A stretch of 64,000 nt of DNA. It comes from Bacillota bacterium. GTDB taxonomy: Bacteria; Bacillota; Clostridia; Clostridiales; Caloramatoraceae. The notes beneath the pieces are model-generated. The model had not been told where the DNA came from and made no database searches. It saw nothing but the letters and a program-made list of their open reading frames with translations. Positions 39,863-50,935 of this stretch are shown here, one piece after another (the stretch's first letter is position 1; every line of letters starts with the position of its first letter). The stretch covers positions 1 to 64,000 of the forward strand of contig JAEZLD010000048.1 of NCBI GenBank assembly GCA_023415335.1, written 5' to 3'. Position numbers and translations under genes: made by a program.

Positions 39863-40861
39863 TTAAACCTGTGGTATTTTATAAAGTCCCCTTACGGAAA
39901 CATCTCCACTGATTACTCTTGTGGTTTCTCCGCTATCAAGCCTTACAATAAGTGCCCCCTGGTCATCCATATTCAGTGCCACCCCTTCCCATACGCTGTC
40001 AGCGGCCATAAGCCTTACTCTTTTTCCAATCAGAACCGAGTATTTCTCTAACATTGGAACCATGGGCTTAAGTCCTTCCTTCTTGTATAATTCATAGCTT
40101 TTCTCAAAGCAGTTAAGTATAGAAGCCATTATCCTTTTTCTACTTAAGGCTTCTCCCTTATGAATCCTAAGGGATGTAGCAATATCACAAAGCTCCTGTG
40201 GAAAGGATAGCTGGTTTATGTTCATCCCCATTCCCACCACAATATAGTTAATTCTATCCAGCTCTGCATTCATCTCCGTCAGTATTCCGCAGAGCTTCTT
40301 ATTATCAAGTACAATATCGTTTGGCCATTTTATACCCGTCCTTATACCTGTTTCCTTCTCTAAGCCCTGTACAATTGATAGTGCCAGCACTGGTGTTATT
40401 GAAAAAGCACTTTCAGGGCTTACAGGGGGCTTAAGAAGTATTGATGCGGCAATGCTGTTGCCTTTGGTAGTTGCCCAGCTTCTGCCCTTCCTTCCCCTTC
40501 CTGACTGCTGCTCCTCAGCTATTATTATCAGCCCTTCCTCAGCACCCTTGGCTGCTTCCTTTTTAACCTGGTCATTGGTTGAGCCGGTGGTATCTAAATA
40601 TATAATCCTTCTTCCAATATATCGGGTTTCAAGATACTGCCCTACCTCTACCTCTGACATCACATCGGGGGATGATACAATCCTATAGCCATTCCGTGTT
40701 CTAGCCTCTATTTTATAGCCCTCGCTCTCCAGCTGCTTTATTATCTTCCAAACCGCTGCCCTGGATACTCTAAGGCTGCGGCTTAGCTCTTCACCCGAGA
40801 CATATCCACCGCCTTCCAGCAGTTTTTTTAGTATTTCATCCTTCAATTGCACCACCACCAA
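39863..40861 (-). CDS. birA: Bifunctional biotin operon repressor / biotin-[acetyl-CoA-carboxylase] ligase
   Basis: It has an N-terminal HTH 'VSGEELSRSLRVSRAAVWKIIKQL', the BPL catalytic 'GRGRKGRSW' and a C-terminal SH3-like domain. Confidence 0.9.
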   Translation of the reverse strand: MVVVQLKDEILKKLLEGGGYVSGEELSRSLRVSRAAVWKIIKQLESEGYKIEARTRNGYRIVSSPDVMSEVEVGQYLETRYIGRRIIYLDTTGSTNDQVKKEAAKGAEEGLIIIAEEQQSGRGRKGRSWATTKGNSIAASILLKPPVSPESAFSITPVLALSIVQGLEKETGIRTGIKWPNDIVLDNKKLCGILTEMNAELDRINYIVVGMGMNINQLSFPQELCDIATSLRIHKGEALSRKRIMASILNCFEKSYELYKKEGLKPMVPMLEKYSVLIGKRVRLMAADSVWEGVALNMDDQGALIVRLDSGETTRVISGDVSVRGLYKIPQV

Positions 40862-40941
40862 AACATTTTCCTATAAGACTCCCTGATCTGCAGCCTGGCT
40901 ATTACCCAGGAAATGTGCTGCAAATAAGTAGTTCGAAGCAT

Positions 40942-41415
40942 TTATTTTCTTCCAGTCCTGCATTCAATATACCTTTGTATTGCAGCGGCATTGGGCTTAA
41001 ATATCTCTGAAGGAAGACTGTCTATTGAAAAAAAACCCAGCTGCTTTACCTCATCATTATCACATCTAAGGGTTCCCTTATACCTTCTGCATATATATAC
41101 CATGTCAATGTTAGATACCTGGTCCCCATTAGGATAAACATGATGCATCTCAGGACCTGAAAATACCCCCAAAAACTCCAGTTCTTCAGCTATTAGTCCG
41201 GTTTCCTCATAAAGCTCCCTTTTAGCTGCATCCTCTACCCTCTCGTCAAGCTCCACAGAACCTCCTGCATAAGCCCAGCTTGGCTCATCTGTTCTTAGCT
41301 GAAGCAGTATTTCCCCTTCTGCATTTTCTACTATTATACTGGCTCCACACTGCAGTATAGGCCTTGTGCCAACCAGCTTCCTCATGTCCATAATATAACC
41401 TGACATTATAAGCAC
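40942..41415 (-). CDS. NUDIX hydrolase
   Basis: It has the Nudix box 'GGSVELDERVEDAAKRELYEETG'. Confidence 0.8.
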   Translation of the reverse strand: MLIMSGYIMDMRKLVGTRPILQCGASIIVENAEGEILLQLRTDEPSWAYAGGSVELDERVEDAAKRELYEETGLIAEELEFLGVFSGPEMHHVYPNGDQVSNIDMVYICRRYKGTLRCDNDEVKQLGFFSIDSLPSEIFKPNAAAIQRYIECRTGRK

Positions 41416-41933
41416 CTCTCATACAATCTGAAACGATCCAGTCCATAACTGCTGTACCCAAGGTCTGCTGTTCCTGCATATGAAAAGCCAAGCTTCTCAT
41501 AAAGCTTAATTGCTGGACTGTTCTTTTCGTACACATCCAGCCTTAATGCCTTCATGCCATCTCTTCTGCCCTGTTCTATGGAAAACTGCATAAGACCCTC
41601 TCCAATTCCCTTTTTTAAATAATAAGGCTCTACTGCCAGTGTATGTATAACATAGATTTTACAATAATCCTCGTTTGAAGTCCAATTAACAGAACCATAT
41701 CCATTCTCAGGCTCATGATTTAATATTATAGAGCCTGCAATTTTCCCATGGTCCAATGCCACATACAGGCTGTCCTCTGATATACCTTTAAGTGCATCCT
41801 CACGTATAGGATATATCCCCTTTTTCCATCCAGGATAGTTCACCGTAGCTGCCAGATAATCATTAAGACTGTCATAGAGCTGCGTTATTTCTTCAATATG
41901 GCCTATACCTGCCTTTTCTATTTTAATATTCAT
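41406..41933 (-). CDS. GNAT family N-acetyltransferase
   Basis: It has the acetyl-CoA binding 'YLKKGIGEGLM'. Confidence 0.75.
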   Translation of the reverse strand: MNIKIEKAGIGHIEEITQLYDSLNDYLAATVNYPGWKKGIYPIREDALKGISEDSLYVALDHGKIAGSIILNHEPENGYGSVNWTSNEDYCKIYVIHTLAVEPYYLKKGIGEGLMQFSIEQGRRDGMKALRLDVYEKNSPAIKLYEKLGFSYAGTADLGYSSYGLDRFRLYERCL

Positions 41934-42083
41934 AAGCTTTCCTCCCGCCTATGCACAAGTATTGCTGGAGCACATTTTCTATATTATAGTAAAACCCTCC
42001 CACATGCAATGGTAGATTCACTAATCCGCTGCACTGTTTTATTCTTAAAAAGGACGGTTTTCCTAAGAAAACCGCCCCTATAG

Positions 42084-43922
42084 CTATGCTATACTTACCT
42101 CGTTAAATACTGCTTCAAACTCATCTGCATCAAGCTTCTCTTTTTCAAGAAGTGCCTCTGCAACCTTATGGAGCTTATCCATATGATCCTTCAGCATGTT
42201 TTCAGCTGCTTGATATCCTTCGCTTATGATTCTCTTTATTTCCTTGTCTATTTGAGCAGCAACCTCTTCACTGCAGTTCCTTGACTTGGTGAAATCCCTT
42301 CCAAGGAACACTTCGTCGTGTCCTGAGCCAAACTCTACAGGTCCTATAAGGTCGCTCATGCCATATTGGGTAACCATCTTCCTGGCCAGCCCTGTGGCTC
42401 TTTCAATATCGTTGCTGGCACCTGTACTTATATCGTCCAGTACAAGCTTTTCTGCAACCCTGCCTCCAAGCATGATTGCAATAAGCTCCTCAAGCTCCCT
42501 CTTTGTAGCATAGCTCTTATCCTCCTTGGGAAGGGATGCAGTATATCCTCCTGCCATACCCCTTGGAACTATGCTTACCTCGTGTACAGGATCTGCCAAT
42601 GGGAACAGCCTTCTTACCACTGCATGGCCTGCCTCATGGTAGGCTGTAAGCTTTCTATCATGCTCTGTCTGAACCCTGCTCTTTTTCTCTGGTCCCATCA
42701 TTACCCTGGAAATGGATTCCTGAAGCTCAGACATTCCTATAAGCCTCTTGCCTCTTCTTACAGAAAGAAGGGCAGCCTCATTCATAAGATTCTCAAGGTC
42801 TGCTCCAGTAAAACCAGGAGTGCCCTTAGCAAGCACATTAAGATTAACATCAGGCTCGAGAGGTTTATTTCTAGAATGTATTTTAAGTATTTCCTCTCTG
42901 CCCTTAACATCAGGTGCATTTACTACAATCTGTCTGTCAAATCTGCCAGGTCTTAAGAGTGCATGGTCAAGTATATCAGGCCTATTGGTTGCCGCTATTA
43001 CTATGGTACCCTCATTTACTCCGAAGCCGTCCATCTCGACGAGCAGCTGATTTAATGTCTGCTCCCTCTCATCATGGCCACCACCAAGTCCTGCACCTCT
43101 CTGTCTTCCAACTGCATCTATTTCATCTATGAATATAATGCAAGGTGAATTCTTCTTTGCTGTTTCAAACAAATCTCTTACTCTTGATGCACCAACGCCT
43201 ACAAACATCTCTACAAAGTCCGAGCCGCTGATACTGAAGAATGGAACTCCTGCTTCTCCAGCAACTGCCTTGGCAAGAAGTGTCTTACCGGTTCCTGGAG
43301 GGCCTACCAGAAGTATTCCCTTTGGTATCCTTGCACCAAGCTCAATATACTTCCTTGGCTGCTTTAGGAAGTCAACCACCTCAGCAAGCTCCGTCTTTTC
43401 CTCATCTGCTCCTGCAACATCGTTAAAGGTGACCTTTCTTTTGTCATTGGATGCCAGTCTTGCACGACTCTTTCCAAAGTTCATTACACCCTTTCCGCTG
43501 CTACTTGATTGGGATTGCTGTATAAATATAAACCATACGGCACCAAGCATTACAAACATCAATATGTTTGGAAGCATCGACACCCACACAGGAAGTGTCT
43601 CAGGCGGCACATAGGAATGCTGTACCTTGCTCTCCTCCGGCTTATCGGAGTTATACTCATTAACAATATCAATGAATTTTTCAATGCTTCCTACGTTGGA
43701 GATAAACTCTGTACCGTCTTTAAGCTTACCGCTGGCACTGTAATCTCCTTCACTAATTTCTATTTTCTCAACATCCCCAGCTTCTAGCTTTGTAAGAAGT
43801 TCAGTAAGGGTAAATTTTTCAGGTTTCTGGGAATTACCATTGAACAATGAAATTGCCACAACAAAGGCTATTATAACTATAAGCCATATACTAGCATTTT
43901 TAAGGAATGATTTCTTCATCAT
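42084..43922 (-). CDS. ftsH: ATP-dependent zinc metalloprotease FtsH
   Basis: It has two TMs, AAA 'GPPGTGKT', SRH 'ATNRPDILD' and the zinc site 'HEAGHA'. Confidence 0.95.
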   Translation of the reverse strand: MMKKSFLKNASIWLIVIIAFVVAISLFNGNSQKPEKFTLTELLTKLEAGDVEKIEISEGDYSASGKLKDGTEFISNVGSIEKFIDIVNEYNSDKPEESKVQHSYVPPETLPVWVSMLPNILMFVMLGAVWFIFIQQSQSSSSGKGVMNFGKSRARLASNDKRKVTFNDVAGADEEKTELAEVVDFLKQPRKYIELGARIPKGILLVGPPGTGKTLLAKAVAGEAGVPFFSISGSDFVEMFVGVGASRVRDLFETAKKNSPCIIFIDEIDAVGRQRGAGLGGGHDEREQTLNQLLVEMDGFGVNEGTIVIAATNRPDILDHALLRPGRFDRQIVVNAPDVKGREEILKIHSRNKPLEPDVNLNVLAKGTPGFTGADLENLMNEAALLSVRRGKRLIGMSELQESISRVMMGPEKKSRVQTEHDRKLTAYHEAGHAVVRRLFPLADPVHEVSIVPRGMAGGYTASLPKEDKSYATKRELEELIAIMLGGRVAEKLVLDDISTGASNDIERATGLARKMVTQYGMSDLIGPVEFGSGHDEVFLGRDFTKSRNCSEEVAAQIDKEIKRIISEGYQAAENMLKDHMDKLHKVAEALLEKEKLDADEFEAVFNEVSIA

Positions 43923-43981
43923 AACCCCCCTTTCTTATCTACATGTTATAATATTTTACCACACAATATTTGCGTTCTCAA

Positions 43982-44533
43982 TCAGTTAGTTTTATCGTTT
44001 TTGTAAACTTCCTCCTTTAATATTCCTATATATGGAAGGCTCCTGTACCATTCTGCATAATCAAGTCCATAGCCTACTACGAACTCATCAGGTATGTTAA
44101 AGCCTATATAATCAGCCTTTATATCAGCTTTTCTTCTATCTGGTTTGTCAAGCAGCGAACATATTTTAATAGACTTTGGTCCTCTTGACTGAAGATAGCC
44201 CATAAGGTACTTAAGAGTTGTTCCAGTATCTATTATATCCTCAATTATTAGTATGTTTTTATCCTTAATATCTGCATCAAGATCCTTTAATATCCTTACA
44301 ACCCCTGTAGACTTGGTTGATGCACCATAGCTTGAAACAGCCATGAAATCTATCTGTATGTCTATGCTCATGGCTTTCATTAGATCAGCCATAAAAGCGA
44401 TGGAACCCTTAAGTATTCCAATAAACATTACTTTTTCATCCTTATAATCCTCGGATATCTGGTCTGCCAGCTCCTTTACCCTCTTTTGGATAGTTTCGTC
44501 GTCTAAAAGTATCTTTTTAATTGAATCATTCAT
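43982..44533 (-). CDS. hpt: Hypoxanthine phosphoribosyltransferase
   Basis: It has the PRPP motif 'ILIIEDIIDTGTT'. Confidence 0.9.
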   Translation of the reverse strand: MNDSIKKILLDDETIQKRVKELADQISEDYKDEKVMFIGILKGSIAFMADLMKAMSIDIQIDFMAVSSYGASTKSTGVVRILKDLDADIKDKNILIIEDIIDTGTTLKYLMGYLQSRGPKSIKICSLLDKPDRRKADIKADYIGFNIPDEFVVGYGLDYAEWYRSLPYIGILKEEVYKNDKTN

Positions 44534-45899
44534 TCTTGTACCTCTCCAATCTTATTTCAATGATGTTTTCTGTTGCTTCGTCAATTTTATAGTTCCTTGT
44601 GTCACGCATCCCAACAAGCCATAATACCTCGCTGCCTGCTGCAATAATTAAAGCCTCCTGTCTCTTGTCAGATGGCACCTTTTTATCTATAAAATAATCC
44701 TTAAGCTTCTTTGTCCCTTTCATGCCATTAGGGCATATGTAATCCCCGTTTCTCCTGTTCCTTATTACTAAGCCATTTCCTATTTTATCATAATCAAAAT
44801 ATTTGATAAACCTATCATTACAAAAATGTCCATCATTTTTTTTGAGAAGTCTGGTAGAAACCATTGCATCAGCCTCCGCCACATGCACACTCCCCTCATT
44901 TGGAAGCTCATATTCAAAATCCTTTGTCTTCCCCTTCTTTAATATTTGGAAGCTGTCATATTGGATTCGGCATATTATTTCATTGGGAAGGCTTATATAC
45001 TTACCAGTCCTCCCTTTTGATATTATGTCAATACAATCCTCTATATGCTTGCTTTCTATGTTATTAAGGCCTCCCTTGACCTTTTCAATAGCCAGTCTGA
45101 TAATCCTCCTTTTAATGGACACATGCAGCAGGTTGAATTCACTTAAAGAAAGGCCATCCTTTCTTTTCAGCTTCTCCATTTCAATAAGTGCCCTGGAATT
45201 AAGATAATCATCGTCCTGCCTTGCCAGGTCTGAGGCCTTTGATATGCACTCTATTATGTTTGGATTGAAATTTTCCTTTATGTATGGAATAAACTCAAGC
45301 CTGAGCTTATTTCTGGCATATATATCTTTATTATTAGTACTGTCATGCATTGGGTTAAGTCCCTGTGCACTGCAATAGTCCTCTATCTCCTCTCTGGTGC
45401 AGTATAAAAGTGGTCTTATGTAGCACTCCGCCCTTACAGGTTTTATACCACCTAAACCGCTTATTCCAGAGCCCCTGAGAAAATGCATTATGACAGTTTC
45501 AGCCTGGTCATTCATATTATGGGCAATAGCGATTCTCTTTGCCCCAACCTTTTTTGCAATCTCTTCGAATAGCCTGTATCTCTGATATCTTCCCGCTTCC
45601 TCCTCAGACATCTGATGCTCCCTGGCATAAGCTGGTACATCAACGCTTCTTGATATGAACGGCACCCCTAGCTGGTTTGAAAATTTCCTGGCAAACTGCT
45701 CATCTCTATCTGCCTCCTCCCCCCTGATCATATGGTTCAGATGGACAGCATAAAGCTTAATATCATACAGCTGCCTTAGGCTGGACAAAATATGAAGCAT
45801 ACACACTGAATCGGGTCCCCCCGACAGTCCTACAATTATTGCATCCCCGCAGTTTATCATTTTATTGGTCTCAATAGTGTATATGACCTTTTCCCTCAT
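44526..45899 (-). CDS. tilS: tRNA(Ile)-lysidine synthetase
   Basis: It has the PP-loop 'GLSGGPDS'. Gene order tilS-hpt-ftsH is conserved. Confidence 0.9.
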   Translation of the reverse strand: MREKVIYTIETNKMINCGDAIIVGLSGGPDSVCMLHILSSLRQLYDIKLYAVHLNHMIRGEEADRDEQFARKFSNQLGVPFISRSVDVPAYAREHQMSEEEAGRYQRYRLFEEIAKKVGAKRIAIAHNMNDQAETVIMHFLRGSGISGLGGIKPVRAECYIRPLLYCTREEIEDYCSAQGLNPMHDSTNNKDIYARNKLRLEFIPYIKENFNPNIIECISKASDLARQDDDYLNSRALIEMEKLKRKDGLSLSEFNLLHVSIKRRIIRLAIEKVKGGLNNIESKHIEDCIDIISKGRTGKYISLPNEIICRIQYDSFQILKKGKTKDFEYELPNEGSVHVAEADAMVSTRLLKKNDGHFCNDRFIKYFDYDKIGNGLVIRNRRNGDYICPNGMKGTKKLKDYFIDKKVPSDKRQEALIIAAGSEVLWLVGMRDTRNYKIDEATENIIEIRLERYKNE

Positions 45900-45989
45900 G
45901 TTTAATCACTCTTTTTTTCATATTAAATTCTATCCCTACTTTTACACATATATACACTATATCAAATAATATTAAAAAGTAAAAGCATT

Positions 45990-46020
45990 AATATAAATTA
46001 GAGGCCCTTGAAAAGGGCCC
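45990..46020 (-). terminator. Hairpin terminator downstream of spoIIE
   Basis: GGCCCTT-gaa-AAGGGCC is flanked by A/T runs. Confidence 0.45.
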
Positions 46021-46033
46021 CCAATCCACACCA

Positions 46034-48430
46034 TCAATCATGCTGCTTCCATATCTTAGACACAAGCACCGTCATGTCGTCCTTTGCCTCCCCTTTATAA
46101 TTGTCCTCCGCCATTTTGAGAAGGCTGTCTGCAATATCCCTTGGATTTCCACTTTCCATGGAGCGTATGGTCTTCTCTAACCATTCTTCGTTCTCCAAGC
46201 CCATGGAATCCTCTATCCCATCAGTGACCATAATAATAATGTCTCCATCCTCCAGCTCTACTATTTCACTTTCAATCTCAATATCCTCCAGTATTCCTAC
46301 AGGAAGTGAAGAGGATCTAAGTATACGAACACTGTCTCCTGATTTAATAAAGGTTGCTGCAGAGCCTATTTTAACAAATTCACCCACACCATTGTATAGG
46401 TCTATAATTCCAAGGTCAATTGTGGCATAGCTTTCTTCACAGGACCTGAGTATTAGAACTGAATTGATTGCCTTAATAGCCGAGGTTCTCTCATAGCCTG
46501 CCGCCATAAGCTTTTCAAGAAGCGATATGGTAACACTGCTTTCCATAGCTGCTGCGCTGCCACTTCCCATACCATCACTTATTGCCAGCATATATCTTCC
46601 CCTGCTTATATTCCCATGGAAGCAGGTATCCCCGCAAACCTTCTCCAGCGGCTTTTGTGCCATAGCAGAGACTATGTTGTAGCATTCAGCCTCTACAAGC
46701 TTAAACTGACACAAAGAGCAGTCACTGTTAAGCCTGCATTTAACACTATCCTTTGTCATTCTGATACCAAGCACCTTGGATATAACCGTGGTATATTCCC
46801 TTGAGCAGGACTGCTTCCCCATACATGGTGTTCTATAAATAGAAACCTCATGCTTCCCATTATTATCCCTTACTGCTATTACATCATCAAACTCCAGGCC
46901 CATATTATCTAAGGCCACTCCTATACTCTCCTCCAGGTCGTTTTTAAACTCAAAAGAGGTTCCTACATCACTAGCCATGGAGTTTACCATATTTGATATA
47001 CTTTCAAGCTGCTGTCCAACAATTCTCTTGGAATTGAATATTTTTCTTCTCCATTTACTATTAAGCTTAAATATTTCAAATACCATATTCACCTGACGTG
47101 CAAGCTCATTTGCTCTTATGCACTTTCTCTGCAGCTCTTCTGGCATATCCTTTAGACTTATCCTGCCCTTTTTCTCTGCCAGCTCCATCATTGTCTTAAA
47201 CGAATCATAGGTCTTGTAGAACTCTCTTTTCCAGCAAAGATTTCTGCCCTCACATACTGCACACACCTTATCAGCAACGCTCTCCACCAATCCATCCACC
47301 TCTGACTTTCTGAATATGTCTTTATCCGAAGTTTCATTTAATGCCTCGGAGAGGTCTGTAAGGGTGGCTGCAATCTCACGCATCCTGCCCCCCATCATCT
47401 CACGGACTCTCTGGGAATACAGCTTTTGAAGCTCCAGCCCTCTTTCCTCCGCATCCATCATTTGAGCTGCCTTTTCATAAAAGCCTTTTCTTACCATAAG
47501 AAATACAACAGCTCCTATAGCTGCCTCTATTACGTCCTCTGCATATATAACTCCTTTTCCATTAAGTCCAATTAGAAATATATATACAGCTAAAAAAGCT
47601 AAGGATGAAAGAGCTTTATTTTTCCCTCTGAAGGTTCCTGCTGAAAGCCCTGAAGCTCCATAAATACCTATGTATGTCATTGCTGCCCCTCCGGTCAGGC
47701 TTAATGCCATACCCAGGAGCAGTCCTGTAAAGGCCCCTGAAGATGCGCCTTCTACATAACCTATAAACATTGTAATAAACACTGTCAATATTCTTCTTAT
47801 GTTTACCCCACCATAGCCTATATCCCAAAGCCCTCCCATAAGCATCACAGCCATGAAGCCCACACAAGCCCATTCCTCTCTTGATAGCAGTTTTCTTTTT
47901 GTTATGCGGAAGCACAAGGGAATACCATAGGAAAAAACATATCCAAAGCCTGCTGAGAGGGCGGCCTCAACACCTGCCAGGAATATACTATAGCCAGTGC
48001 TGTAGTCATTCATTACTATGAGGTTAAAAGAAATAAATGAAATAAAGCTTACTAAAAAGCCTACTATAAGCACAGCTGCATTCTTTTCCTCCAGCCTTAA
48101 TGAATAAAATATGCCCGCAAGCAGCATTACCACGCATGCATGACATACCCCTTCTGCAAAGCTGGCACTACACATATATCCTGATGCTATAGCCGCTGCC
48201 GAGATAGCTGCATAGCTTCTGCCAAGAGCTATGTATACTGCTATGAAAAATCCTATACCAAAGGGACTTAGTCCTCCAATTATTACTGTTCTTCCCATCA
48301 AGAAGGCACAAGCATATATAAAAAGTGCCTCCCTGGAGAAAACCATAGCATGCCATTTCCTCCTTGCCATTTTTGTTTCCTGTCCTGTTTGTTTATATAT
48401 CCTGAGCTGCTGCCCATACATAAAAAACAC
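46034..48430 (-). CDS. spoIIE: Stage II sporulation protein E (10-TM + PP2C phosphatase)
   Basis: It has an N-terminal polytopic domain and the C-terminal PP2C 'ISDGMGSGSAAAMESS...MVTDGIED'. Confidence 0.9.
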   Translation of the reverse strand: MFFMYGQQLRIYKQTGQETKMARRKWHAMVFSREALFIYACAFLMGRTVIIGGLSPFGIGFFIAVYIALGRSYAAISAAAIASGYMCSASFAEGVCHACVVMLLAGIFYSLRLEEKNAAVLIVGFLVSFISFISFNLIVMNDYSTGYSIFLAGVEAALSAGFGYVFSYGIPLCFRITKRKLLSREEWACVGFMAVMLMGGLWDIGYGGVNIRRILTVFITMFIGYVEGASSGAFTGLLLGMALSLTGGAAMTYIGIYGASGLSAGTFRGKNKALSSLAFLAVYIFLIGLNGKGVIYAEDVIEAAIGAVVFLMVRKGFYEKAAQMMDAEERGLELQKLYSQRVREMMGGRMREIAATLTDLSEALNETSDKDIFRKSEVDGLVESVADKVCAVCEGRNLCWKREFYKTYDSFKTMMELAEKKGRISLKDMPEELQRKCIRANELARQVNMVFEIFKLNSKWRRKIFNSKRIVGQQLESISNMVNSMASDVGTSFEFKNDLEESIGVALDNMGLEFDDVIAVRDNNGKHEVSIYRTPCMGKQSCSREYTTVISKVLGIRMTKDSVKCRLNSDCSLCQFKLVEAECYNIVSAMAQKPLEKVCGDTCFHGNISRGRYMLAISDGMGSGSAAAMESSVTISLLEKLMAAGYERTSAIKAINSVLILRSCEESYATIDLGIIDLYNGVGEFVKIGSAATFIKSGDSVRILRSSSLPVGILEDIEIESEIVELEDGDIIIMVTDGIEDSMGLENEEWLEKTIRSMESGNPRDIADSLLKMAEDNYKGEAKDDMTVLVSKIWKQHD

Positions 48431-48651
48431 CTCACATCCGTTGACGTGAGGTTATTATATCAAATCAATCCGTATTTATTTGTCACAATGTAAATAAGAG
48501 TTATGTTAACTCTATGACAATAACAAGTGGTTTACATTACGTTAAAATAAACTTCGACTTCTATTCCGTATTTCTAATTAAGAAAGGATAACATTCATAG
48601 CTAATAATAGGGAACGTTTTTATAATCCTTACTAAATCTCCGCATATAATA

Positions 48652-49164
48652 TTATTTCATGTACTCCTTTGAAAGCTCTGCATAATGTGAAGCATTCCAC
48701 TTGATTCCTTCTATATTCTCTTGGGAAAGGGCTCTGATAACCTTACCAGGTACTCCCAACACCAGAGAATTATCAGGAATCACCTGGTTTTCAGTTACGA
48801 CGGCACCTGCACCAATTATGCAGTTATTACCTACCTTTACTCCATTCATTATTATGGCACCCATGCCCACCATAACGCTATTACCTATGCTACATCCATG
48901 GACAATTGCATTATGACCAATGGTTACTCCCTCCCCTATAGTCAGATTAAAGCCCTTATCCCCATGAAGGGTAGCATTGTCCTGAATATTGCTTCTGCTT
49001 CCTATGGTAATATCACACGTATCACCACGTACAACTGCCCCAAACCATACAGAACAGTCTCCACTAAGCTTTACATTTCCTATAATTGTTGAATTGTCAG
49101 CTACAAAGCAGCTGGTATGTATGGAGGGGGTGATGTTTTTAAAGGATTTTATCATATATATCAA
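48652..49164 (-). CDS. Gamma-carbonic-anhydrase-like / hexapeptide-repeat (LbH) family protein
   Basis: It has left-handed beta-helix repeats and 'VIGNVKLSGDCSVWFGAVVRGD'. Confidence 0.8.
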   Translation of the reverse strand: MIYMIKSFKNITPSIHTSCFVADNSTIIGNVKLSGDCSVWFGAVVRGDTCDITIGSRSNIQDNATLHGDKGFNLTIGEGVTIGHNAIVHGCSIGNSVMVGMGAIIMNGVKVGNNCIIGAGAVVTENQVIPDNSLVLGVPGKVIRALSQENIEGIKWNASHYAELSKEYMK

Positions 49165-49192
49165 CTCCTAAATAGAATTATATGTTCTATTA

Positions 49193-49543
49193 TTAATTAT
49201 TTTTTATGGTTTTAACTGATGCAATCAACATTCGGCGTATAGAGCCACACATTTGCAATAGCTGCTTTTTCTTTTCTTCATCAATATATCCCGTATCTGA
49301 CAGGAGTTCTATCCAATATTCAGTTTCATAGCACTCCTTTAAGGAAATTTCCAACTTTGAGATAAAGTCCTGTTTTCCCTGTGCATAGTTTGCCTCATGA
49401 ATATTTGCTCCAATACTAGTTCCAGAACGAAGTAGTTGATTGCATAATGGTGATGGTGCATGTATAGATTGTAAACCCTTAATTAGAAATACAATTTCTT
49501 TTGCTAGTTCCTTGGATTTTTCTTTTAAAATCCCCTCAGACAT
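49193..49543 (-). CDS. Four-helix-bundle protein (23S rRNA intervening-sequence protein family)
   Basis: It has 'SIGANIHEA' (ANIAEG-like). The preferred start is MSEGILK, with AAAGGTGG 7 nt upstream. Confidence 0.7.
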   Translation of the reverse strand: MSEGILKEKSKELAKEIVFLIKGLQSIHAPSPLCNQLLRSGTSIGANIHEANYAQGKQDFISKLEISLKECYETEYWIELLSDTGYIDEEKKKQLLQMCGSIRRMLIASVKTIKNN

Positions 49544-49597
49544 AAAGCTACCACCTTTCATGAACATATTATATCACATAAAATGGAAGGTGTTTTT

Positions 49598-50060
49598 ATG
49601 TCCTGCGAACGGCCAATATAGTTGAAAAAAAGCACTTGCTACTATCTCCCTATAAGTATTAGTAATAAGTTATATTCCGTCCTGCGGACGGAGTGATATT
49701 CTGGCCTTTAGCCATAGTGATATTGAGTTCTTCGAACTCAGTGATATTATATTCGCCTTTTTACTCTGGGCGCAGCCTAATATCACTGCGTAGCAACATC
49801 ACTGGCGAAGCCAATATATCTCGCCAACGGCGAATATAGTTGAAAAAATAGCACTTGCTACTATCTCCCTATAAGTATTAGTAATAAGTTATATTCCGTC
49901 CTGCGGACGGAGTGATATTCTGGCCTTTAGCCATTGTGATATTGAGCTCTTCGAGCTCAGTGATATTATATTCGCCTTTTTACTCTAGGCGCAGCCTAAT
50001 ATCACTGCGTAGCAATATCGCTGGCGAAGCCAATATATCTCGCCAATGGCGAATATAGTT
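49598..50060. repeat. Tandem direct repeat, ~218-bp unit x2 plus a partial third copy
   Basis: Unit starts fall at 49615, 49833 and 50052. Copies are ~96% identical. Each unit holds 5 GTGATATT/AATATCAC motifs and small palindromes. Confidence 0.75.
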
Positions 50061-50061
50061 G

Positions 50062-50098
50062 AAAAAAAAGCACTTGCTTGCGCAAGTGCTTTTTTTTC
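50062..50098. terminator. Bidirectional terminator (A8-GCACTTGC-ttgc-GCAAGTGC-T9) at the 3' end of the tRNA operon
   Basis: It is a perfect 8-bp stem flanked by A and T runs. The partial third repeat copy runs into it. Confidence 0.7.
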
Positions 50099-50101
50099 TG
50101 G

Positions 50102-50175
50102 TGGCGGCGGGGAGATTCGAACTCTCGACACTCCGGGTATGAACCGAATGCTCTGGCCAACTGAGCTACGCCGCC
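50102..50175 (-). tRNA. tRNA-Met (CAT), elongator-like
   Basis: The minus strand reads GGCGGCGTAGCTCAGTTGGCCAGAGCATTCGGTTCATACCCGGAG...CCGCCGCCA. It has one A.C mismatch in the T-stem. Confidence 0.75.
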
Positions 50176-50178
50176 ATA

Positions 50179-50254
<76 letters not shown>

Positions 50255-50266
50255 ATATTATTAAAT

Positions 50267-50356
50267 TGGTGCCGGAGACCGGGATCGAACCGGTACGGAC
50301 CTTTAGGGTCCGCAGGATTTTAAGTCCTGTGCGTCTGCCAGTTCCGCCACTCCGGC
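50267..50356 (-). tRNA. tRNA-Leu (TAA), type II
   Basis: GCCGGAGTGGCGGAACTGGCAGACGC...GGACTTAAAATCC, with a long variable arm. The 3' end is CCA. Confidence 0.85.
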
Positions 50357-50527
50357 ATCATTGACTAGCGACATTATTTATTATATAATGCTTTTTCAAA
50401 TACGTCAACATGATTTTTGAACATATTTTCAGGGATAATATGGTATTAATATCATATACCCTCCCCCTTAGCAAATATAAAATATAAAAAGGTACTTTAC
50501 CTAATGGCAAAATACCTGTAAATAGCT

Positions 50528-50935
50528 TTAATATCTTCTAGAATAACCCCCACTTCTTTTATTGTCCTGATTCTTCTTGATATCCTGTATTCTTTCATCG
50601 CTGTCCTTTAGGAACTTGGCCAATCTTTCTTCAAATGATAGGCTGGCCACCTTTTTCCTGTCGCTGTCCCTATCAAAGTCCACAGGCCTGGAGGTCTTTT
50701 TAACGGGATTAGCCTGTCTTATTGATAAGCTTACCTTTCCATCTGCATCAATGCCTATAACCTTTACTTTTACCTTATCATGCTCCTTAAGATGGTTTCT
50801 GATATCCTTTACATAGCTGTCGGATACCTCTGAAATATGAACCAGTCCTGTCCTACCTGACACCTCAACAAATGCACCAAAGTTGGTTATATTCACCACA
50901 GTGCCATCTAATATGCTACCTACCTGAAGGGTCAT
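50528..50935 (-). CDS. yabR: S1 RNA-binding domain protein YabR
   Basis: It has an S1 domain 'GSILDGTVVNITNFGAFVEV...GLVHISEV'. Confidence 0.85.
   Translation of the reverse strand: MTLQVGSILDGTVVNITNFGAFVEVSGRTGLVHISEVSDSYVKDIRNHLKEHDKVKVKVIGIDADGKVSLSIRQANPVKKTSRPVDFDRDSDRKKVASLSFEERLAKFLKDSDERIQDIKKNQDNKRSGGYSRRY

Noticed and set aside
49598-50100. CRISPR array
   Set aside because: The repeat unit is ~218 bp with no short repeat/unique spacer alternation. This is a tandem duplication and not a CRISPR array.
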